A stretch of DNA of 43,449 nucleotides from an uncultured Smithella sp. Its GTDB lineage: Bacteria > Desulfobacterota > Syntrophia > Syntrophales > Smithellaceae. Positions 36,314-43,449 of the stretch are shown one piece after another. The first letter of the stretch is position 1; every line of letters starts with the position of its first letter. The stretch is taken from positions 1,507-44,955 of the forward strand of contig CAYULE010000001.1 in NCBI GenBank assembly GCA_964445385.1, written 5' to 3'. The notes under the pieces are model-generated. The model saw only the letters and a program-made list of their open reading frames with translations. It searched no databases and was not told the DNA's origin. A program made the position numbers and the translations under genes.

Positions 36314-36339
36314 TCGAAAAGGGCTTACGCCCTTTTCGA
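36314..36339. other. Perfect 11-bp-stem hairpin in the miaA-valS spacer (terminator or valS leader element)
   Basis: TCGAAAAGGGC (36314-36324), loop TTAC, GCCCTTTTCGA (36329-36339). It lies 27 nt upstream of the valS ATG and about 160 nt downstream of the miaA stop, both on the minus strand. Confidence 0.4.
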
Positions 36340-36496
36340 CTTCAATTTATTGCTTATTCCCTAAATCAGTTTCCCGCTTAAATATCCCGCCATTTTTCCT
36401 TAAAAACGCGACCCCATAGTTAGCTTTAGTGTGGTTTTAAGTCAAGTCAATATTAAGGAGGGGTTCAATTGGTTCTGGTGAGCTTTCATAGATTAA

Positions 36497-37444
36497 TCAG
36501 GGTTGTTTTTCTTCATGAACCTTCTGATTCGTCAGGAATTTCTCAACGGTCCCCCGGATTTCCTCAAACTGATCCGGAGTAAACCAGTTGATGGTTTTAT
36601 CCGCCGAAAACCACGTCATCTGTCTTTTTGAATATTGCCAGGTATTCCGATTGATCAAATCCATCGCATGATTCCATGGATAACGGCCAAGGATAAATTC
36701 AATAACCTGTTTGTATCCCAATGATTGCAGCGGTTTTAAATTTTCGCTGTAACCCCTTTTCAGCAATCCACGAACCTCATCGACCAACCCCGCATCAACC
36801 ATCCGCGAGGTTCTTGCGATAATTCTCTTTTTCAATTCATCACGTTCAACACGAAGTCCGATCTTACTGACAGTGTAAGGACAATCGGCAAACGAATGCT
36901 GTTGCTGTAGAGTGACAATGGACTGACCGCTTTGCTCCAGCACCTCCAGCGCCCGGATCACCCGCACGGCGTCATTTGGATTGATACGCTCCGCCGCCTG
37001 CGGATCTCTTTGGCGAAGCAGGTTGAAAAGATATTCCCGGCCCTGCCGATCCCTCAGATCCCGATAATAATTACGGATATTTTCATCGACCGGGGGTGTC
37101 GCAATGATGCCCTGTAGCAGCGCCCGGATATATAAACCCGTTCCGCCAACGACGAAAAGAGATTTACCGGCGCTTGCCAACTTTTCAATAATCGCCCTCG
37201 CCTGCTCGGCATATATAGCGGCGTTATATTCTTCATCCGGATTGACAACATCAATGATATGATGGGCTATTCGTTTTCTTTCTTCTTCAGTGGGTTTAGC
37301 CGTACCAATGTCCAGATAACGGTAAACCTGTAACGAATCGGCATTGACGATTTCTCCTCCGAAGGCCTCGGCCAGTCGAATGGCCAGATCGGTTTTCCCC
37401 GTCGCCGTGGGTGAACAAATGACAATGAGCGGAATCCTGGGCAT
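36497..37444 (-). CDS. miaA: tRNA dimethylallyltransferase
   Basis: The ORF track gives 36497..37588, but the first 48 codons overlap mutL. The ATG at 37444 gives MPRIPLIVICSPTATGKTDLAIRLAE (P-loop), 1 nt after the mutL stop. Confidence 0.9.
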   Translation of the reverse strand: MPRIPLIVICSPTATGKTDLAIRLAEAFGGEIVNADSLQVYRYLDIGTAKPTEEERKRIAHHIIDVVNPDEEYNAAIYAEQARAIIEKLASAGKSLFVVGGTGLYIRALLQGIIATPPVDENIRNYYRDLRDRQGREYLFNLLRQRDPQAAERINPNDAVRVIRALEVLEQSGQSIVTLQQQHSFADCPYTVSKIGLRVERDELKKRIIARTSRMVDAGLVDEVRGLLKRGYSENLKPLQSLGYKQVIEFILGRYPWNHAMDLINRNTWQYSKRQMTWFSADKTINWFTPDQFEEIRGTVEKFLTNQKVHEEKQP

Positions 37445-37445
37445 C

Positions 37446-39242
37446 TTATTTCCGTTTAAACATTCTTTCGATTTCATAGAGAGAAAAATGAACGCTGATC
37501 GGGCGTCCGTGCGGACAGGTGGCATTAAAAGGCGTTTTCTCCAGATCTCTGCACAAAGCGTCGACTTCCTCGGCGGAAAGAACCGCATTGGCCTTGATCG
37601 CCGCGCGGCAGGCCAGGGATGCCAGGATCTTTTCTTTGCGTTCCGTCAGTGACGGCAAAGCCAGTTGATCGCCCAGTTGATCCGCCAGGTCGGAGATGAT
37701 ATCGCATGGCGGGACATGCGGCAGACTGGCGGGCATAGCCTTCACCACAATAGCGTCGCGGCCGAATATTTCCAGTTCCAGGCCGACGTCGCTGAGCATG
37801 GGGAGCGCACTTTCAAAAAGAGTGATCTGCGCGGGCGTGAGGCTGACAACCTCCGGTATCAGTAAGGGCTGACTGACCGCTTGCTGCTCGGAGGACGCCT
37901 TTAAGCGCTCCAGGATAATCCTTTCATGCGCCGCGTGCTGATCCACCAGCATCACACCATCATGACTCCCGAATACCAGATACGTATCGGCAAACTGCCC
38001 CAGATATCTTCGATTGGCAAAGGTGATCTTTTCGCCGCGGGAAACGTCTTCAACCTGACCGGGAATTTCTGATGAATTTCCCGCGCGCATAAACAAATCA
38101 TCGTCTATCGCCTGCCGAAGATTCTGCCGCGAATAAATTTCGTTTGGCCGCTCCGCAACCGAATAGGAATCTTTCGATCGCCAGAATCCGGAGGCGGCGG
38201 ATGTTCTTTCGCGCGGCGTTAAACGATATGCAAAAGCGGCCGGCGACATCTGCGCTCCGGCAAGACTTTGTGCTACGGTTTTGGAAACCAGATCATAAAT
38301 CTCCCGGGAATTTCTGAAACGGACTTCCAGTTTAGCCGGATGAACATTAACATCGACGTCGGCACCCGGCAAATCAAGGAACAAAACCGCTGCGGGATAG
38401 CGCCTGGGCTCGATCACCTGCCGGTAGGCGGCAAGTACCGCGTGCGTCATGCTGTTGTCCCGGATGAAGCGCGAATTGACAAACAGATAGATACTTTTGG
38501 AATTGGATTTTGTAAATTCCGGTGTGGAAATAAAACCTTGAATCTGAACATTTTCCTTTTGTGCGCTGATTGTCCGACAATGCCCCGTAAAATCATTCCC
38601 CAGAACCATGGCAACGCGTTCGGAAACATCCCGGGCAACAGGCGCCGCAAACACTTCCCGACCATCGGCTGTTACCGTAAAACGGACTTCCGGATGGGCC
38701 AGTGCCACACGGGTAATTGCATCAAGGCAGGCGCTCTGCTCGGTGGCTTCTGTTTTAAGAAATTTCCGGCGTGCCGGCACATTGGCAAATAATTCCGTCA
38801 CGGTAATTTGTGTTCCGGCAGGCATGCCTGTCGGAGATATTTCGGAAAGATATCCTGCCTGGGCGATGGCTTTTGTTCCTTCCAGATCATCGGGGCGGCG
38901 GGTTAGCATCTCCACTCTGGCCACGGAGGCAATACTGGCCATCGCCTCGCCGCGAAAACCGAACGACTCGACCCTGTATATATCTTCCAGTTTGGAGATT
39001 TTACTGGTGGCATGGCGCTCAAAAACAAGCGCCATATCTTCGCGTTCAATGCCTGAGCCATTATCCACGATTCTGATGGACTGACAACCGCCTTTGGTGA
39101 TTTCAACACGAACATCCCGGGCGCCTGCGTCAATTGAATTTTCGACCAGTTCCTTGATAATTGACGCCGGTCTTTCCACCACTTCTCCGGCTGCAATTTG
39201 ATTGGCTACCTCTTCGGACAGAACAACAATACGTTTAGACAA
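37446..39242 (-). CDS. mutL: DNA mismatch repair protein MutL
   Basis: 598-aa ORF with a GHKL ATPase N-terminus (LSEEVANQIAAGEVVERPASIIKELVENSIDAG). TTG start preceded by the purine-rich GAGGAAGAAGA. Confidence 0.93.
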   Translation of the reverse strand: MSKRIVVLSEEVANQIAAGEVVERPASIIKELVENSIDAGARDVRVEITKGGCQSIRIVDNGSGIEREDMALVFERHATSKISKLEDIYRVESFGFRGEAMASIASVARVEMLTRRPDDLEGTKAIAQAGYLSEISPTGMPAGTQITVTELFANVPARRKFLKTEATEQSACLDAITRVALAHPEVRFTVTADGREVFAAPVARDVSERVAMVLGNDFTGHCRTISAQKENVQIQGFISTPEFTKSNSKSIYLFVNSRFIRDNSMTHAVLAAYRQVIEPRRYPAAVLFLDLPGADVDVNVHPAKLEVRFRNSREIYDLVSKTVAQSLAGAQMSPAAFAYRLTPRERTSAASGFWRSKDSYSVAERPNEIYSRQNLRQAIDDDLFMRAGNSSEIPGQVEDVSRGEKITFANRRYLGQFADTYLVFGSHDGVMLVDQHAAHERIILERLKASSEQQAVSQPLLIPEVVSLTPAQITLFESALPMLSDVGLELEIFGRDAIVVKAMPASLPHVPPCDIISDLADQLGDQLALPSLTERKEKILASLACRAAIKANAVLSAEEVDALCRDLEKTPFNATCPHGRPISVHFSLYEIERMFKRK

Positions 39243-39342
39243 TCTTCTTCCTCTTCTATTCCCTCATTATAACCACGTTAAAGGTGGCACAAGGGAGATA
39301 CAGGGGGATTTTATTGTCGTCTGAAAATCTCCCCCTAGCCTG

Positions 39343-39384
39343 GAAAAAAGCCGCAGCCACCAACAAAGTGCTTGTGACTGCGGC
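39343..39384 (-). terminator. Intrinsic terminator after the lipoprotein gene
   Basis: On the minus strand, GCCGCAG (39384-39378) pairs with CTGCGGC (39356-39350), followed by TTTTTT (39349-39344). It lies 28 nt downstream of the stop at 39412. Confidence 0.6.
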
Positions 39385-39411
39385 CCATTGATTCCATGTT
39401 ATAACTCCTGT

Positions 39412-40296
39412 TTAATCCAGAACGATCATGACACGGCATTTTTTAATGAAAGACGCACTCTCCGCAGAATCGCGCAGCTTCAACGCATCAACGTTTCTGA
39501 TCATTAAATCGGATCCACCGGGACCACTGGTTTTCAGTGCTTTCACGGTTACGGGATGAGCCGCAACGCGCGGATGGCCCTCAGCCGCTGGAAGATCGCG
39601 CGCGTATCCACTCCTGCCCTGCTGGACAATACACTCATCCTCTCCGGTAAAAGCATAAACTTCCTTGCCGTTTTCATCAAAGATGCCCGGTAACATGGCC
39701 GGACGCGCCCCGATACCGCGGGCATCAACCACTAATCCGGTATGGGCGCCAGGCGCCGGAGATGCAGCCATATCCGGAATGGGCGCTGCCGAAACAGGAG
39801 ATGAAGGCGCTGGAAGCGGAACGGATTTGTGTTTATCAATCGACAGTGGAATGATGATTTGCGACAAATTTCCATATAAAGGAATTCTTACCCTGACTTC
39901 CATAGTGCCATTGGACATATACTGCTGATCAACGACCTGTGCGCCTTTCGTCAAACCTCTGACCTGCGTGTCGGTGATGTCGCTTTCCGTTGTAAAATCT
40001 TTAATGCTTGTTCTGGAATTAACCTGAATACCTTTCGTGATTTCCAACAAATTGTGGTAGGCGTCAACCTTTGCCGCCCGCAAAACCGTGGGCCGGACAT
40101 TTATTTTATTTCCGCTTCTGTCCGGCGGTGTGCCGATGCCGATTGCTTCAATATAGCCAGCCGACCAATTCACTGAACCCCGGCCGACTTTTTCCACCCA
40201 TTCAGACTTACCGACCGCATTCTGACAAGAACCTGTTGATACCGATAAAAACACGATGCCCGTCAGAACCGCCAGGAAAATGAACCTTATCTTCAA
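39412..40296 (-). CDS. LPP20-family lipoprotein with uncharacterised C-terminal domain
   Basis: The ORF track gives 39412..40329. I prefer the TTG at 40296, 6 nt after AAGGGAG, which gives MKIRFIFLAVLTGIVFLSVSTGSC (signal plus Cys). LPP20-like core (YIEAIGIG...RAAKVDAYHNLLE). Then a Pro/Ala-rich linker and a C-terminal domain of about 110 aa. Confidence 0.7.
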   Translation of the reverse strand: MKIRFIFLAVLTGIVFLSVSTGSCQNAVGKSEWVEKVGRGSVNWSAGYIEAIGIGTPPDRSGNKINVRPTVLRAAKVDAYHNLLEITKGIQVNSRTSIKDFTTESDITDTQVRGLTKGAQVVDQQYMSNGTMEVRVRIPLYGNLSQIIIPLSIDKHKSVPLPAPSSPVSAAPIPDMAASPAPGAHTGLVVDARGIGARPAMLPGIFDENGKEVYAFTGEDECIVQQGRSGYARDLPAAEGHPRVAAHPVTVKALKTSGPGGSDLMIRNVDALKLRDSAESASFIKKCRVMIVLD

Positions 40297-40460
40297 ATTA
40301 TGCTCCCTTGGTTGTTGTGTTAACAACAAACGAATCTCTGAAAATCATTGTGAAAATAACAAAATATCATTCAGGTTGCAATAAGAATTCAGAAAGAATT
40401 TATGCGATGAATCCCATCCAGAGTTATGCTTGAAAGTCCTAAGTTTATGTGATAGTTCAC

Positions 40461-40488
40461 TTTGTCTGATCCGGTATATCAGTATAAT
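40461..40488 (+). promoter_or_regulatory. Putative promoter for ileS
   Basis: Perfect TATAAT at 40483-40488 with TTTGTC/TTGTCT around 40461-40467 (15-16 nt spacer), about 105 nt upstream of the ileS ATG. Sequence match only. Confidence 0.35.
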
Positions 40489-40592
40489 TCGCAGGGAGCG
40501 GCTTGTGACTTTCAGGTTATCGCAATCGTTCCCTGCATTTAATTATAAATCAGTGTTTAAATGCAATTTTAAGAAGACAGGAGTAACAGGCA

Positions 40593-43382
40593 ATGGATTA
40601 CAAACAGACATTAAATCTTCCGCAAACGGATTTTCCGATGAAAGCCAATCTGGCGCAAAGAGAGCCGGAGATGCTCAAAAAGTGGGAAGATGTTAAAATT
40701 TACCAAAAAATCCGTGAGAGCGCCAAAGGCAAAAAGCCCTATATTCTGCATGACGGCCCTCCGTACGCCAACGGCAATATCCATCTGGGCACGGCGCTCA
40801 ATAAAATCATCAAGGATATCGTCATCAAAGCTAAAAACATGACGGGCTTTGACGGCGTGTATGTGCCGGGCTGGGATTGCCACGGCCTTCCCATTGAGCA
40901 TCAGGTGGATAAAGAATTAGGCGGCAAGAAATCGGGAATGTCGCAGGTGGAAAAACGCCGAGCCTGCCGCGTGTATGCGGAAAAATTTGTGGACACCCAG
41001 CGCGAACAATTTAAACGCCTCGGTGTCTTCGGCGAGTGGGAAAACCCCTATTTAACGATGGCCTATCCTTATGAAGCCACAACCGTTGCCGAATTCGGCA
41101 AACTTTATCTCAACGGCAGCGTTTATAAAGGTAAAAAACCCGTTTACTGGTGCGCCTCCTGCAGAACAGCCCTGGCGGAAGCCGAAGTGGAATATGCCGA
41201 TCATCACACGCCGTCCATCTATGTAAAGTTTGCTTTTACCTCCGATGTCAGCCAGGTCCTTCCAAAACTGGCTGGTCAAAAAGTCAACATGGTGATCTGG
41301 ACGACTACCCCCTGGACGATTCCCGCCAACCTCGCGATTGCCGTCAAGGATGATTTTATTTACACCGCGGTGAAGATTGATGAGGAAGTGCTGATTGTCG
41401 CCAAAGACATGCTCGATTATTGCCTGGACGCTTTCGGTTTCCGCGATAAAAAATATGAGATTCTCGATGAATTCAAGGGTGAAGTTCTGGAAGGCCAGAA
41501 GTGCGTCCATCCGCTGATTAAAAGAAACAGCCTTTTGATTCTGGCGCCCTTTGTCACCCTGGAAGCCGGAACCGGCGCTGTGCATATCGCTCCCGGCCAC
41601 GGACAGGAAGACTATGAAATCGGTCTCGAATACGGTCTGGATAATTACGCGCCGGTGGACGATGCGGGAAAATTCACAGAGGATGTCGAACATTTTGCCG
41701 GCCAGTTTGTTTTTGACGCCAATGACAATGTCATTAAGAAGCTGGATGAAGTAGGCGCGCTGATGGGACATGTTCCGATGCAGCATTCCTATCCGCACTG
41801 CTGGCGCTGCAAGAAACCCATTATTTTCCGTTCTACGGAACAGTGGTTCATCTCGATGGAGAAAAACGATTTGCGGAAGAAGGCGCTTGCCGCCATCGAT
41901 GAAGTGCAATGGATTCCTTCCTGGGGACATGACCGCATCTACGGTATGGTGGAAAACCGCCCCGACTGGTGTATCTCACGCCAGAGACTGTGGGGCGTTC
42001 CCATTACGGTTTTCTATTGCGCCAAATGCAAAAATGAAGTGTTGACCAGGGAAATTCTGGATCATCTGGTAGCCATGGTGGAACAAGGCGGCGCGGATGT
42101 CTGGTTTGAAAAAGAACCGCATGAACTGATGCCCCATCACACCACTTGCCCGCACTGTCACGGTACGGAGTTTACCAAAGAGATCAATATTCTGGATGTA
42201 TGGTTCGACTCGGGTGTGAGCCACGCGGCCGTTCTGGAAAAAAGAGCCAATCTGAGTTCACCGTGCGACATGTATCTGGAAGGCAACGACCAGCATCGCG
42301 GCTGGTTTCATTCCTCCCTTCTGGAATCGGTCGGAACCCGCGGGCGCGCGCCTTACAAAAGCGTTCTCACGCATGGATTTGTCGTTGACGGGGATGGCAA
42401 GAAAATGTCCAAGTCCGTCGGCAATGTCATCGGCGCCGAAGAAGGCATTGCTAAATACGGCGCGGAAATCCTCAGACTCTGGGTGGCGGCGGAAGATTAT
42501 ACCGACGACATCCGCATCTCCGAAGAAATTCTGAAGCGTCTGATGGAGGCCTATCGCCGGATTCGCAACACCAGCCGCTTCATTCTGGGTAATATGTATG
42601 ATTTCCAACCGGACACCGACAGCATCCCTTACGAAAAGATGACAGAAATAGATCAGTGGGCCCTGCACCGCCTGCAGGAAATCATCAAGCGTGTCACGGA
42701 AGCTTACGAGCGCCATCAATTCCATGTGGTTTTCTATACCCTGTATAATTATTGCACGGTGGATTTGAGCGCACTCTATCTTGACATTTTAAAAGACCGG
42801 CTTTACACCAATAAAGCCGCATCCACGGCGCGCCGTTCCGGTCAGACAGCCATGTTCCTGATTCTTAATGCCATGACCCGGCTGCTCGCTCCGATTCTGA
42901 CCTTCACGGCCGAAGAAGTGTGGGCTTCCCTTCCGGCATGGAAGGAAAAAGAAGAAAGCATTCATCTGGCGCAATTTCCAAAGATCAATGATCAATATTT
43001 CAATACCGATCTGGGAGAACGCTGGAAGACGATGATTGACGCCAAAGCGGAAATTTCCAAAGCCATCGAACAGGCGCGCAAAGAAAAAGTCATCGGTCAT
43101 TCGCTGGACGCCCGGGTTACCATCGCCGCGCCGGAAAAGATGCGCGCTTTGTTTGAGACTCATCTCGAAGATATGCGCGCTTTGCTGATTGTTTCGCAGC
43201 TGCAACTGGCCGATGAAAATGACATCGTTAAGCCTTATCAGAGTGAAGAACTGAAGGGCCTGGTTGTCGGCGTAGAAAAAGCAGGCGGCGCCAAATGCGA
43301 ACGCTGCTGGATTTATGAAGAGTCGGTGGGCGCCAGTGCGGAGCATCCAACCGTTTGCGGCCGTTGTTTACCGAACCTGTAG
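40593..43382 (+). CDS. ileS: Isoleucine--tRNA ligase (type 1, C-terminal zinc-binding CxxC pairs)
   Basis: 929-aa ORF with HIGH ([14 protein letters not shown]), KMSKS (KKMSKSVGN) and a C-terminal CERCW...CGRC. GGAG RBS. Confidence 0.95.
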   Translation: MDYKQTLNLPQTDFPMKANLAQREPEMLKKWEDVKIYQKIRESAKGKKPYILHDGPPYANGNIHLGTALNKIIKDIVIKAKNMTGFDGVYVPGWDCHGLPIEHQVDKELGGKKSGMSQVEKRRACRVYAEKFVDTQREQFKRLGVFGEWENPYLTMAYPYEATTVAEFGKLYLNGSVYKGKKPVYWCASCRTALAEAEVEYADHHTPSIYVKFAFTSDVSQVLPKLAGQKVNMVIWTTTPWTIPANLAIAVKDDFIYTAVKIDEEVLIVAKDMLDYCLDAFGFRDKKYEILDEFKGEVLEGQKCVHPLIKRNSLLILAPFVTLEAGTGAVHIAPGHGQEDYEIGLEYGLDNYAPVDDAGKFTEDVEHFAGQFVFDANDNVIKKLDEVGALMGHVPMQHSYPHCWRCKKPIIFRSTEQWFISMEKNDLRKKALAAIDEVQWIPSWGHDRIYGMVENRPDWCISRQRLWGVPITVFYCAKCKNEVLTREILDHLVAMVEQGGADVWFEKEPHELMPHHTTCPHCHGTEFTKEINILDVWFDSGVSHAAVLEKRANLSSPCDMYLEGNDQHRGWFHSSLLESVGTRGRAPYKSVLTHGFVVDGDGKKMSKSVGNVIGAEEGIAKYGAEILRLWVAAEDYTDDIRISEEILKRLMEAYRRIRNTSRFILGNMYDFQPDTDSIPYEKMTEIDQWALHRLQEIIKRVTEAYERHQFHVVFYTLYNYCTVDLSALYLDILKDRLYTNKAASTARRSGQTAMFLILNAMTRLLAPILTFTAEEVWASLPAWKEKEESIHLAQFPKINDQYFNTDLGERWKTMIDAKAEISKAIEQARKEKVIGHSLDARVTIAAPEKMRALFETHLEDMRALLIVSQLQLADENDIVKPYQSEELKGLVVGVEKAGGAKCERCWIYEESVGASAEHPTVCGRCLPNL

Positions 43383-43422
43383 AAAACAAGGTTCTAGGTG
43401 AAAGGGGCAAGCTAAGCTTTTC

Positions 43423-43449
43423 CCTTGTACCTTGTTCCTTTAACCTTGT
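43423..43449. repeat. Degenerate heptad array CCTTGTA/CCTTGTT/CCTTTAA/CCTTGT-, truncated by the window end
   Basis: Four consecutive 7-nt units sharing the CCTTG core of the nadC array. An inverted copy AACAAGGT (43385-43392) can pair with ACCTTGTT (43429-43436). Confidence 0.6.

Noticed and set aside
37445-37588. N-terminal extension of the miaA ORF (track start 37588).
   Set aside because: It overlaps the mutL C-terminus. The MiaA P-loop starts directly after the ATG at 37444, which lies 1 nt after the mutL stop.
39284-39300. TGGCAC hexamer resembling a sigma-54 -24 element.
   Set aside because: The expected TTGC -12 element is absent at the correct spacing (the sequence is TGGCACaagggAGATA), and the orientation does not face a gene start.
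40430-40696. 88-aa plus-strand ORF running into ileS.
   Set aside because: It has no RBS or recognisable motif and a Cys/Ser/Arg-rich composition. It overlaps the ileS start in another frame and covers the probable ileS promoter and leader.

Overview
43.4-kb chromosomal window with about 36 protein-coding genes. I recognised no rRNA, tRNA, CRISPR, transposase, integrase or phage genes. All homology calls come from motifs read by eye in the ORF track, not from a database search. The gene content suggests a strictly anaerobic Gram-negative, Desulfobacterota-like organism (inference): AhbA/B-type siroheme decarboxylase next to hemL, 2-oxoacid:ferredoxin oxidoreductase, an HgdC-type activase fusion, Cam-type gamma carbonic anhydrase and AtpZ/AtpI Fo accessory genes. 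Gene order, left to right: (1) OFOR alpha/beta/gamma, ACT-domain protein and ArfB-like GGQ protein, closed by a strong bidirectional terminator. (2) A lone atpE on the minus strand. (3) ahbA/B-hemL. (4) Two nucleotide-sugar genes (tviB-like, fcl). (5) atpZ-atpI-atpB plus terminator. (6) A monocistronic 1436-aa double-activase/dehydratase-like fusion. (7) An OFA-type MFS transporter (minus strand). (8) mobA. (9) Two consecutive TetR-regulated tripartite RND efflux operons with clearly different base composition. (10) A zinc-ribbon/J-domain orphan and cam (minus strand). (11) A minus-strand housekeeping block: mutL-miaA, then valS-nadC-birA-coaX-coaE. (12) An LPP20-type lipoprotein. (13) ileS. 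Most of the window is ordinary housekeeping and I see no clear defence or mobile island. The items most worth a second look are: the uncharacterised 1436-aa activase fusion; an (AACCTTG)4 heptanucleotide array that the nadC frame reads through, with a related array at the window end; the split Fo genes and signal-peptide-bearing c subunit; the compositionally distinct second RND operon; and the orphan J-domain protein.
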